The notes: a model not told the origin generated them from the letters alone. A stretch of DNA of 20,000 nucleotides from Paramecium tetraurelia (GCA_000165425.1 CT868060.1:179359-199358); one strand, 5' to 3'; numbered from the stretch's first letter, positions 1 to 12,497 are shown. Program-made: numbers and translations.

Positions 1-1340
1 TACAATCAATTTAAGGAACATACATGGTAACATAGAGAAGATTGAAATTTTACCATTAGACGATTATTAAATAATATATCCAATAACATTTACTGATGTG
101 CATAAAGATTTTACTTTTTACGAATAAGGAATATGTTATGATTAGTCAAAAAGACTTATCATTAATTGTTTTGATGACCATCAATACTATATATAAGATA
201 ATACCATAGAAGTAATCCTCAATGTTGGTTATGCTAAGGATAAAACTTTTTATCAAGTTTTTTATTAATCAATAACAGGAAATATTAATTTTATGACAAT
301 TAATATCAAATTAGATGAAGTTTATTATGAAATCAAACAAACCGCAATCCCAGATAATTATTACAAAGACTTATACAGTATTAATTTATTATTATTAAGA
401 TTCTAAAATTAAAAAAATCTAAACAACATAAAATCTATCAACTTTTGAGCTCTTTTATTAAAATAATTTGTTTACATACAACAACATTTATGCCGAATAA
501 TTAAGAGAAGCTTTTAAAGATAATACTCTTTTGGAGGTAGCTTATTTAATTGATTCTACATTTCTTTTTCTTTCCAAATAATCACCACAAAATATAATTA
601 TGAAGTTTATTGTAATTACTGAAGAGAATGAAAAAGAAATTAAATGTGATATTAGATTATAGTATCAAGTAAAATTAAATGAAATAATTCCAGAAAGTTT
701 AATAAACATGTTATATTATTAAACAACGAGTTTAAAAATATTTGAAGTTCAAATTGAATAAGAAGTAATTCATTTTCAAATCGGTGTTTTTTTTCTTGAG
801 TATTTTTCTATTTTGATTTCATATGAAATGGATATCAATTTTTAATCAATGCCGAAAGTAGAAAATACTGCAATATTGAGATATTAGAAGGATTTTTCAT
901 TAGAAAGGCCGCTCTTTGTTGATAATAATATTACCCTGTTGATTTTGGATTTCAATAAAATTGAGTTTGTTTATGTATATGATACTCGTAGAAAACAAGC
1001 CTAAAACAATATTGATAGTATTTAGAGATTTGAAAATAACCATTTTACAGGAATGGAAAGGTTTAATTAATCTCACTATTTACTTAAATCTATGGTTAGA
1101 ATCTAATTTATCACTCTTGATGAACTGAAATTCACTTGTTAAAATGAGTGCAAACCTATTCAATCTATATAACTTAGTAATTAAGTATCAAAAATCTCAA
1201 TAGAAATTTCAAATTTTGAGTATAACAAAATATCTAGTCTAGAAGTAAGGAAAGTAGAAGTTTGCATTATTATAACTATATTTATACTTATTTTACTAAT
1301 TCTAAGGTTTTCAAGGAGAAAAAATGTATAAAAGAGTTGA
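1..1340 (+). CDS. 3' part of a large single-pass (type I-like) membrane protein, ciliate-specific family; 5' end lies upstream of the window
   Basis: With TAA/TAG=Gln, frame 2 is open from base 2 (TINLRNIHGNIEKIEILPLDDYQIIYPITF...). A 22-nt GT..AG intron at 378-399 shifts to frame 3, which ends at TGA 1338-1340 after a hydrophobic segment and basic tail (VCIIITIFILILLILRFSRRKNVQKS*). Similar to the C-terminal third of the next gene. Confidence 0.85.
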
Positions 1341-1543
1341 ATTATGAATTTATATATTTTATTTGCTTAAAGCTAATTTTGTATATCTAATAGATTTATT
1401 ATTGTATATCTGAATGCATTGACATTGTTTTGAATGAAATAACTATAATATTAAATTAAGTTATAACCTAAACATAGAAATCTCAAAAATTACAATAACT
1501 ACTTAAGTTAATTTTTATTCAGTATTAAATAAACAAGTTTTAT

Positions 1544-4500
1544 ATGTTCTTAAAAATATTTTTGCTTATAAAGATAACTTTATGTTAGAGTGTAACCACC
1601 TTATTAAAGGAGATGAACTATAATATTTTTCCTGACGAGAAGATCTTTGTAAAAAATGAATAGTATGCAATAAATATTAATGATGATAATCTAGAAAAAA
1701 TTCATATGAATAATTATAGTGTTGATATATTAGAGGAGATTAGTATAGAAAAGAGGTAATTTAATGATTTAAATGGAAATGAGAAGATATTTAGTTTGAA
1801 TAAGAATGGTGATGATGATATTGATATTATGTTATTAAAGAATGGAAGTATTGAATGTTTATATTAAATTAAGAATTACATTTAGGATGATCAAATAATT
1901 ATGAAATCAAAAGAGTGTTAAATATTGTTAAATCACTAAGATTGCAATCAATTATATAAATTAGATTAAGACATCTATATAATTTAATGTAATTACAATT
2001 CAACTAATACTCTTATTTAAATTATCAATCAAACATAAATATTAGATCAAATTATACTTCCAATTCAATCTAATTGTTAATCTGATTCCATATTCAATAA
2101 TCATCAAACATTAATCATATTTAATAAATTATGTTAAACTACCATATTCCATTCCATCTCCATCTCAAATCTATTAACCTTTTATAATCTAACTCAATAT
2201 GACTTAAAAGAGGGGGAAGGACTTACTCAAACTACTTAATAATTGATAGATATTTAGTTTATCTCTCAATTCGAATTAGCTATAGGGTACACTAATTGTA
2301 TAGTTTTTTTTTTTCTCAAAGCACAGGGTTTGTCATTTGACATTAAAAATCAGTAGTTTTAAATTAAAGCATTTTACGTAACCAATAAACCATCCATCAA
2401 AATATTGGTTGAAATAGATCAGAACAATTAATAATTGTATTTGAATAAACAATAATTGAATTTCAGTAGTATTGGATTTTAAAAGGTTCTTTTAGTTAAA
2501 AAATATTTTTATTTGTTTCACTTTACAGATAAAATATTTGTTTAATTCAAAAAAATGTATTCAAATACAATATCCATCAATACCAAAAACTTGGTTTAAA
2601 TTGGTGAGTTACCCTATTTTATTGCATTATCAAATAAATAGTTAAGATTAATTAAATTGATCATGCCTAAATCTGTTGTATCTTATAAAAATTCTGATAA
2701 ATTGTTAGTAATTTAAACTTTGTAAACATAATTTCCTAGTTTCATCCTTAATCTAAAATTATTTGATCGACATAATCCAATCTAATACTTTCCAACAAAA
2801 AAATTATATCTTGATTTAATTAATTATTACAGGGATAATTAATTAATATGCTTATCATATATGAAATTTCAAAGAACTCTTCCAATATAAATAACATAGA
2901 TAATGGAGATGGATAATAGATAAATAGCTGCAGATGATTACTCAATAGAAATTACATCGAGTTTGAATTTAAATGGAATCCCAACGAATTATAAATTTCT
3001 TTTTCTACACAAGTTTTAAAAGGATTAATTGGTTTATGTAATAATTGAAGAAAATACTATTATTCAATTTATATTTTATGATAATGGAAAGTCTTTCAAA
3101 ACACATAAATTTGTTTTACTTGCTAATTTGATAGACATTTTTATTAATAGATAATAAATATTAATAACAATAGTTTATGAAAAGTCAATTGAAATTTATT
3201 AATTAACATTTGGTGACATACAAAGGAAACTGCATTAAACAAAAATGAAGATAATTGCAGCAAGATAACTAAATTATTTTGTATATTATTTACTTGAAAA
3301 TTGTAATAAGGTTGCAATAAGATTGTAATCAAATGATATCAACTTTGAAATGTTAAAGTATATTTTTGATTGTAAAAGTTCTCTTTAATTTATAAAAGAA
3401 GATGTTTATATAGATAGTCATTCTATAAGTTTGAAACATAGGATGTCTTTTTACGTTCAAAAATTAACTTTAAAAGAGCAGGTAATTGAAGTAAGAAATA
3501 TACTAACAGATCATCTTCTGCTGTTCACTTGTTATAAAAATAAATAGTATGTTAAATTATATCAAGTTAATTTGGATGAAGTTTTCTAACTTTACACTCT
3601 ACCCACATATAATTATTCTATCGAGTTCCCATTTTACTATCGAATAGAGAAGTCAATTTTAATGATTAAAGCAAGAAATTCTAGCTAAGCTTTCTTTATA
3701 TTGATTTATGATGTCTAAAAAACAGCAGTTGAATGCTTGATTTAAATTACGGAAATTGATGAGGAAGAAAGATTTCCATTTGATTTTGTTAACGAGGGCG
3801 AATATTTTTTTTAATTTTAGGAATAACTTAAAATACAACCTTTGCATCAACCATGTTTTTACTTCAAACCAGTTTAAGATAGTTTAGACTTTATTTATGA
3901 TAAACCTCTAAAAATTATAACTTACTCATAAATTAGCAATTAATATGTAGATCTAGAATTCCATCTTATTATTATTAACAAGAATTATACATTATAATAA
4001 TTGAATTTGAGTAAGAAGATATTAACAGGGAATATTGTTAACGTAGATAATATTTTTGGAACTGTTGAAAAAGTTGAGATTATTGGAACAGAAAATATAT
4101 TAGTAAATTTACCACTTACGTTTAACAATTGTTCCAAGATTTGTCTTTATTATGGATATGGCGTTTGTGTTAATAGATCATCTATTATAAAAAATATATT
4201 TGATTAAAGCATATCTATATCACGCTCTTAATATACAGAATCTCCCATTTTCTATGTTGGATTTAATCCAGATGATTGCATTCATGCAATTTACATAAAG
4301 GGTAATGATTCTCTATTACTGAATCAATTTAATTTTTGCAATTAGAATTAATCGTTACTTTAGAATTACAAAGTCTTAACCAACATTGAAAGTAATATTA
4401 CAATATATTTTAGCATTAAGAAATTTCAGATAAATTTAAGATTTACAGATAGCTGGTCATTTCTTCGATAATTCCTATTTTAGTTTTAAATAAAAGAAAT

Positions 4501-5372
4501 TGCTTGATAACAAACTCTAAGATTCATTCAGATAAGTTACCTTTGATTTTTTTGACGCCATCAAGATCAATAATTCCACTTACTTAACTCTAAATGTAAA
4601 GTTATAGTTGTTTGAACTCAGACTCATAGATTTTATTCTAATAGGAGACCAAGCTTAATCTGATATCATTTTCTATAAATATTATGTATTGAATGACATG
4701 ATTGATGATACTCATCTGAAATTCCATTAAGTGGTCTTTAAAACAATTTACATCTATTAAATTATCAACAACATTAATCAAATTGAAATCCTGTTTATTG
4801 TTTTTTTTAAACACCATCTGGCTTATTTAATGAAATTAACATTTGATTAGAATAATTTAGATCAGATGAAATTAGTCTAATAGGGAATGATAAGATACAA
4901 TTAGGATGCAATATTTGAGAAGTTACTCTTTATTGATAATGATTACATTGTTGCAGCCTTTAAATTTGATGAAGATACATTTATTAATGTATTTGATATC
5001 AGTGTTTTATCAAAAACTAAAAATATAGACAGTATTTAAAAGTTGAGAGATAATAATTATACCCATATTGAAAGATACAACGCAACACATTTTGTAATTG
5101 TTGAGAGTGTAAGCTAATCTTATCATTAAGTTCATTTAATTAGAATTAATAAGTTAGGACTTGAATGTTAGGAATAATGCAATGGAACTGCTTATTTAAA
5201 GTTAAGTAATAAAGTATCACAACTTTTAATTGAAATTAATTTTTCGCCTGAATAAAATATTCAAAAGGGTTCTTTAATCATTATCCTTCTCATTATTAAT
5301 TTTATTTCTATCTTGAATAGATTGTGGTGTAAAAAAAAGGATAAAAAGAAGAAGGTAATCTTGAGTAATTGA
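1544..5372 (+). CDS. ~1268-aa type I membrane protein (signal peptide, large ectodomain, C-terminal TM helix), uncharacterised; paralog of the upstream gene
   Basis: ATG 1544 gives MFLKIFLLIKITLCQ (signal-peptide-like). Frame 2 reads without TGA over the long stretches translated and includes track ORF 4001-4207. A 22-nt intron at 4392-4413 shifts to frame 3, ending GSLIIILLIINFISILNRLWCKKKDKKKKVILSN* at TGA 5370-5372. Confidence 0.85.
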
Positions 5373-5607
5373 AAATATATTATTAATGATTAAATCATAT
5401 TTTAAAATAATATTAATCATTTATTATATGAAAATGAAACTAATACACTTTAGTTTATTACACCATCAATTTAAAAAGATCAATATAAATTCAACTAAAA
5501 TATTATTTATATTAGACAACAAGAATGAAAGAATTTAATTAGGAACAACAATTTATCAAGTGTGTTTATTATATTTAATTTTAATTTATAATTTTAACGA
5601 CAAACAA

Positions 5608-6280
5608 ATGAGTTCTGATGAAGAATAGGATAATTCAAATGAAGATTAGATCATCAATTTAATTTCTACCTTGCAACAGAAAAGTAACTAGTAATGAATA
5701 TAAGGTTAGTAAAAACAAATCGAACAAATAATGGTTTAATGAAAACCAATAGAATAGGTGAATCAGAGAATTGGAATGAGATGAGAGAGACCTAAAAGGA
5801 AAAACGGAAGATAAACAATTTTGGGAATTCCAATGAATTTAGTTTACAAAGAGAATAGTCAAAGCACTCTAGTATATCAGAGAATTTGAGTGATTTCACA
5901 GTGAGAACTGATAAACCTGTAAAAGAATCCTAGTAGAAAACTTAATAAGCTTAAGTTCTTGAGAATAATGATATAGTAAGTGAATTTATTAATATAAGTT
6001 GGAATTGAAATAGAAGATGGACTATCTACTAAGTCAGAGGGAAAAGGATTAGGAGATGTTGGAGTAGATTAATGCGGGGTTAATGTTTCTGATCAGTCAG
6101 ATTCCAAAGCCAAAACAGACAAATTCAATTGGAGTTTAGACTGTTAGTTAAAGGGAGAATTCTTAGAATTAATCTACACCTAAGGTGAAGAAAACAGCCC
6201 AATAAACTGTTTAACAAATGTTCTAAGAGCCAGATAGATATGCATTTCAAGAGATCAGAAACTTTTGCTTTAAGCGTTGA
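5608..6280 (+). CDS. hypothetical ~207-aa hydrophilic protein with a short coiled-coil segment
   Basis: MSSDEEQDNSNEDQIINLISTLQQK...LELKQKMDYLLSQREKDQEMLEQINAGLMFLISQ...FQEIRNFCFKR*. Introns at 5684-5709 (26 nt) and 5976-5998 (23 nt) restore a continuous frame. An in-frame upstream ATG at 5428 exists but the extension looks like AT-rich intergenic DNA. Confidence 0.75.
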
Positions 6281-6347
6281 TTTATGTTTAATTAAAGTAT
6301 TTTATAAATTATCTTATGTGAATATATATATTAAAATATATTAAAAT

Positions 6348-6786
6348 ATGTCTTAGAAAAGTAAATTTTTTTAGTGGATTGATTACAGAGTTCGTATTAC
6401 TTTAGGTGATGGACGTATGTTGGTTGGAACCTTTTTAGCTTTTGACAAGCATTTGAATGTGATTCTGAGTGAATGCGAAGAATACAGAATAAGAAAGCAA
6501 GGTAGAAGTTATTTGTAAGGTAGGAATCCACGAAATCGAAACCAAAAGAACTTTGGGAATGATCATCGTAAGAGGCGATAATATAATATCATTATCAGCT
6601 GAAGCCCCTCCTCATCAACCTCCAAAGAAACAAGAATTATAACCAGGACCAGGAAAAGCCCAACCAATAACAAGACAGGGAGTGACAGGAGCACCAAATA
6701 TTGGTTTGATTTCATAACCTAAGGGAATGGGTTTACCTGGGTAATAAACTATGATGCCTGCAGGAATGAGTATGCCTCCGATGTGA
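6348..6786 (+). CDS. SmB: small nuclear ribonucleoprotein SmB/B' (Sm core protein), ~138 aa
   Basis: Translation [47 protein letters not shown]...[23 protein letters not shown] shows the Sm1/Sm2 motifs typical of SmB, followed by a P/G/M-rich tail. One 22-nt intron at 6502-6523; TGA 6784-6786. Confidence 0.95.
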
Positions 6787-6804
6787 AATAAAATAAAATT
6801 TAAA

Positions 6805-7979
6805 TCATTATCTTCTTACACCACCTCTTTGCAAAACAGTTATAGTTTAAGCTATAAGTGCTTATTCTTTCTCATATTCTGCTAACAATGCTGCATGTTA
6901 AGCCTTTCTTTTAACCCATCTATCTTCAATAAATTGCAAGGTTTCTTTTGCTTCATCCAAATTGGTTTAGGCATTGTTCAACAATTCTGTCTTCACCTTA
7001 ATTTATTCTATAAGATTTAATCGACAAATTACATACCAATTGTATTGGCAATTAAATCTTATAACATTGGAATCACTTCATTAACAAGAGCATCAATCTT
7101 CTTAGTGTAAGACTCCAACAACTCCAAATTAGAGGCTCTTTCACTATTGTAGTTACTGGTTAATGCATTTCTGCCTCCATCTAATGAGTTTCTGAGTCCA
7201 TTCAACATACTAAGCACCTTCTTGAGGAGATCTTAATTAGCCAAACTAATTTTAATTTATGCTCATACTTATTTTATGCAAGTTACATGAACATATCAAC
7301 TATTGGTTAGTATAAGACTCTGTGATTCTTCAAATTGATAGAACTTAATTTAGTAGCCAATGTTTTGAGTTAATCTTATTCAGTTTATATCAAGACAGGA
7401 TCTAATCAAATATATACGGTTTTTATTTACTTCTCAAACCAGACAACAATTAAATAGCTTGATCTAAAACATCTATTGCTGTATTGAAATCGCTGATTTA
7501 TTTATTGTAGGTGATTTCATTTTGTCTGATGGTCTCTTCTAATTAGGCTTTTTGTTTCTGAGTTCTATCCAATTCCTCTTGTCTCTATGTCAATTATTAT
7601 TGATATGATTCCAAATGGTTATTCAAAGATCTTAGATCCTCTGTGTGTTAGGCAACTTCTGCTGTGTAGAAAGTAACTAAATCTGTGTAAAAGGCCTAAT
7701 CCTCGACATATTAAGCAAAGTCAGCATCAAACAGATTGTTCTCGTCTACTTCAGATTGCTATCAGTATGACTACACAATGGTACTTTTAATTAAGCACTC
7801 AATTAGTCAATTGCATCGAAAAGCTTGTTAAAGTTGAATTGTGTGCTCATTTCGCTTAATTGCATGAACTTGGTCATTATTCTTTCCACTCGTGATGTTG
7901 GATTTGTTAAAGTGCCCTAATTACTAATGGTCACTGCGAAGGTGAGGGACAATAATCCTAATAAGACAAATGTTCTCAT
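6805..7979 (-). CDS. trichocyst matrix protein (TMP) / granule-lattice-like secretory precursor, ~355 aa
   Basis: Signal peptide MRTFVLLGLLSLTFA, then two long acidic heptad/coiled-coil halves (..FDAIDQLSAQLK..; ..FNTAIDVLDQAIQLLSGLRNPVLIQ..; ..NQDLLKKVLSMLNGLRNSL..). This matches the TMP precursor layout and size. Introns at 7759-7784, 7402-7430, 7246-7268 and 7008-7036. Family assigned by pattern recognition, not by search. Confidence 0.75.
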
Positions 7980-8181
7980 TATCCGTTTCTCAATATATAT
8001 ATGAAAATTAATATAATATAATTCGATTTCCTCATTGCAATAATTTACATCTGCATTTACGAATTTAATTGTCACTCTTTTTAATTAATAAAAGTAACCA
8101 TTTAAATAAGCAAAATATAACATTGATTATTTACAAATATATCAAATCCTTAATGGTGAACCCAATCAATATAAAATATTA

Positions 8182-9279
8182 ATGGTGCATTCAAATGATT
8201 AGAAATTTCAACTCAGATTTATTGATCCATATAGAAGAGTCAAGGGAAAACAGTATGAATATCAACACATTATGACTCCAGAAGGCATATGCATTGTTGG
8301 ATAAGCAGATCAACACTTCATTATGCTAATAGAACACAACAACAAAACTGAAGTCATGGGAATCAAAATTATCGTGGATGGTTACACTTTGCCTGGAAGG
8401 AAAACCTTCAAGGGAAAGTGCAGAATACAAGGTTTCCCTAATTCTGATGGAAATATCAATTGTTTTAAATTTGCAAAACCAAAGGCAGATCCTGATTCTA
8501 CCAATATTTTTAAAAGAAATCTCTATAGACCCCCATGGGATCTAGAATAAAATGATATGCGCAATTACACTGGAGGTCCAGGAGAGATTATTGTAAAGAT
8601 CTATGAAACTGTTTAGAAATAGAATAAGTATTATAACTTTGGTGGTGGAGGTGATTATAGAACAAATGAACCTATGTTTGTGGAAGTTACAAAAAATGAG
8701 AATAAAGAAGCTGAAGATCAATGTTTGGGAATTGCAATAGGGAATGTTATTGAAGTCCAACCAAGAACATATTAAGAGGAGCGGAGGTACAGAGATATTA
8801 TCAAATACGACTGCATTGTGTAATCTTTTAGAGTTATATATCTGGATTCCTCTAGTTTAGTGTCAAAAGGGTTTATTCAATTGTCCTGTCACACTCATAT
8901 CAGATATTTAACTGAGGAGTATTTCTTGGATAATGAGCCAGCCATGATTTAAGTATTGCAGACATTGATAGAGAGTGGACAGAAGGATAAGGAAGAAGAT
9001 GAAATAATTTAAGAAGCTAGAATATTGGTGGAACGCTTGGATTACTATTTTCAAGGGGAATTATTGAATATTTTTATGAGTAAGGAGAATCAAGAATAGT
9101 TTCAATTGAATGCTGCATTGAGGATTTAGTACATAGAGGGAGAGCTAATTAAATTTATGAATGGATGGCCAGAGTTCTTCACAATTATAGACGCAAAGAC
9201 GTTTGGTATTAAACAAAAATTTAATTAAAAGACTTATCTAGAAACAATTGAAAATCAGATACGCATTGAGCTAATATGA
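8182..9279 (+). CDS. uncharacterised ~365-aa protein, no intron needed; N-terminal beta-rich domain plus helical C-terminus
   Basis: Frame 1 is open under code 6 from ATG 8182 (MVHSNDQKFQLRFIDPYRRVKGKQYEY...) through track ORF 8323-8550 to ...YLETIENQIRIELI* at TGA 9277-9279. Confidence 0.85.
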
Positions 9280-9318
9280 TGAGTAAAATTTAATTAACAT
9301 TATAATAAATAATAATAT

Positions 9319-12300
9319 TCATTTTAATAACTTCAAATGAGCAACATCGTTTGGACATGTAGAGACCAATGCTTAAAATAGTTTCTAGGATGCTATTTTA
9401 ATGTCTGGTTTCTATTCTTCTTGCAACTTCTTAGCCAAAGGTACAAGGTGTTTCACTACTAATTACGGTCGCTCATCATAAAATTATTATACAAAATCTA
9501 ATCATAATATTGTAAATATGTACTTGCTAACATTGTTATGGCAATGCCTTTAGATTTGGCTGGACCATACAATATGAGATGTTAGATTTGAGGTAATGAA
9601 TACTGAATGTCAATATGTATCATAAGTTCGTGAAATAGTGATTCAGCCGATTGTCTTACTTAATTATTTGTGGACGAGACAGCTTTAAAGACCCCATTCC
9701 ATATGTTAACATAGTTATTTTATATAGGAAGCTAATAAATAGTAATTAATTAAATACTTTAAGTGGTTCAACTAATTAAATGAACTATTCGCAAGTATAC
9801 AAGGCTATGTTCTTATTTCCATCATCGATTAATTTACATAGGAGATCCAAAAATTTATTGGAGTATTTATGACCATTCAAAGCCTAAGCCTCTTTCTTTG
9901 CAAAATTGCAAAGCCAATCAATAGCATCTTTTTTTTATTTCCAATCTTTGCCTAATTCTGCCTAATTCATATAATTTGGCATCTATTCAAAATCAGCTGA
10001 CAACTTTTTATTATTTGGAGTTCTATTTCTTAATTCTGGTGTTCTAGCTTCTTTAGTTTAAGTAGCACCAAACCTTCTAAATTCAGAGGTTGTTGTAGAT
10101 TCACCATTGATAATTGTCATAATTCTTTTGCATTCTCCTTCAGGTGCCAATTTGATGATCAATGATTCTAATTCCCTTTTTTCAATTTAACCTATTAAAC
10201 TAAGTAACCCTTCTTTAGCAATTTATCTTACTTCTTAGCCTTGATCACAAGCATATAAACACAGAATTTGGAGCATTTTTTCGAAAGATTATTTATTGGG
10301 ATCCAATAAATTATTCAACGCATAACAAATGTTCACCTTAATAGCTATTGATTTACTCTAATAAACTTATGTAATCAGAGAGATAGATTTTTATTCGCTG
10401 CAATTTTATAATAAAGAGATGGTTGATTTTCTAACTTCTTCACTTATAAATGTATTGAGATCGATAGCTTTCTTTATTAATTTTTACAGAGCTTAATCTA
10501 GCACACAATCCAAGTCTTTCTTGTAAATATCACTCAGTTCTTAAAGAGATATCAAAGCATTTTTAGACACTCCACTCCTTAGGTTTTCAATTTATTTGAC
10601 CATTTCTAATAGGATTTATGGGAAATTGACTGATTTTCTGAGTAATTCACTATTATGTTTTGCCAATCTTCTTAGATTGTTGAGGGCTTCAAACTATCTA
10701 TTCCAATCATCATATCTTAATTCATTCAACAAGGACTTTAAGACAGATTCTGGTTGATCTAATGGCAAGACTTCATCCAAATAAATCGGCTAGAATGTTT
10801 TATCTGCTTCAGTCTTTGGTTTTCTTTAGAAAGGCTTGGTGTAAGTGAGTCCAGTGTCTTGGTCTGGGATGTCTTATTATGGATTTTTAACTATTCTGAA
10901 CGGTTTGCTTTGTTAAGTGGCTGGTGGCTGATTATACTCCTGTTGTTATTGAGCCTGTCTGAACTCGATGCTGGAAGATTGAGGATGAGATTCAGTTTTT
11001 TGCGCACTTCTCTATTACTTTTGGGGCTGAGAAATGATTGTAGGCACATAACCTTGTTATTGGGATTGGAAAATGGGTATGTCAAATTATTACTAATGCT
11101 TAGGTTCAGGTAGAGATTGTGTATATTGATCTATTGGGTCTCTTTGTTCTTTTTTGAATCGCAATTGTGGGAGATCAGATTTGTTTGAAGATGCGGTGCT
11201 AACATCGATTTGGTTGAATAGATCCTCAGTGATGCCGAGTTATGAGAACACTCGCTTAGTCAAATGCTGATTGATTGTGGCCAACTGAGTAAGGGTGTCT
11301 ATGGCTTTAGATCGCAGTTTCTATTTTTGGTCCTCGAGGAAAGGAGCCACTTCTTTGATGGCCAACTCGAGGTGTTGTGAAAGCTGCATATTGAGGAATC
11401 AGGTTACCAGCATCTTATTTCTTTGGACCAAATCAATGAGGAGATCTAAGCATTCCTCTTTGTAAAAAGAATTCTTATTTGGCCACTACAAGATTTGAAT
11501 CAGTAATTCTCCGTCTCCAATTTTCTACAAATACATCACCAACACTTATCTAACAGCAGTTCTGATCGCTGATTTCGAATCCCCTAGCTTAGTGTATATA
11601 TTAACTATGTTGCTACTCTTCACTATGTTAAACTACAAACATCTTTGCATAATCTATAGAGTAGTTAACACTATATTGAAGTTATGATCATTAACTAAAT
11701 TTACAATATGTTCAAACAAGACTTCAACTTATAATGGAGTCAAGATCACATCTTATAGTTCCTCATATATTCTTTGTATTGCTTCAGCTCTCATCTACCA
11801 TTATGTATCTTTCAAGTCTTCCAATTTGTCGAATGGCAATCCATTAGGTGTTGGCTCTCTCAATCTGATCTCTTGTCTTATCTAATTGGTTTCCTTCATC
11901 TACTCTACAAATTGCTCAACTTGAGATTGAATTCCCATAGGCAATTATGCATGACATTACTTATATTAATTCAAACTAATCAACGTTATCAAAGTCTAGT
12001 ATATAAACATATTCATACCTATTCTGTGGCCTTACAAACTGCTAAGTTACAATCGCACAACTTCCCTAACAACATCTCCACCATATTCTTAACCATTCCA
12101 CTCCCAGACTCCAAATGCTATCCTTCTGATAAAAACAACGATTGCAATGAATTCACATTCTTCTATCTCACCAACCACTTATATTATATACTAAAACATT
12201 CTTACATTCGGGTGAATTAGACCTCTACTAAGCATAGCCGAAAGGACACCATCAAAACTCTCGTTAAAACGAATGTACGCCTGGAAAAGCTAGTGGGATG

Positions 12301-12497
12301 CCTTCCTTAGATTTGGCTATTAATTATCCATCAATATGTTATACCAATTGATCTCCAAGGTTCTCTGAAACTCTCGGAAAGCATCGTACTATCTCTTTCT
12401 TATCCAAGAATTCATTCAACTGTAAAGTGGCATTGTAAAATAATTCACTCGAATGAGTACCATTGCTGCAAAATAGCTGGATTAATTCGTTTAACAT
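9319..12497 (-). CDS. TOGARAM1: TOG-array regulator of axonemal microtubules (Crescerin/CHE-12/FAM179 family), ~1007 aa
   Basis: HEAT/TOG segments flank a central P/Q/S-rich linker. The segment EVLPLDQPESVLKSLLNELRYDDWNRQFEALNNLRRL...QIENLRSGVSKNALISL...KKAIDLNTFISEEVRK resembles Crescerin TOG3 (DW..K/Q.EGL..IR..NLRSGVS...NTFI.E.V). Six introns: 12317-12344, 12178-12205, 11996-12018, 11384-11407, 9732-9757, 9498-9523. Spliced length is divisible by 3; ends ...NDVAHLKLLK*. Confidence 0.85.

Noticed and set aside
3144..3850. Track ORFs 3144-3332 and 3659-3850 (-)
   Set aside because: Antisense to the long + strand membrane-protein gene.
6326..6348. Short tandem ATATTAAAAT duplication upstream of SmB
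   Set aside because: Expected by chance in very AT-rich intergenic DNA; no support as a regulatory element.
8542..8760. Track ORF, 72 aa, minus strand
   Set aside because: Antisense to the 8182-9279 CDS.
10859..12220. Track ORFs 10859-11113 (+), 10891-11085 (-) and 11774-12220 (+)
   Set aside because: Antisense or off-frame relative to the TOGARAM1-like CDS, which reads continuously under code 6.
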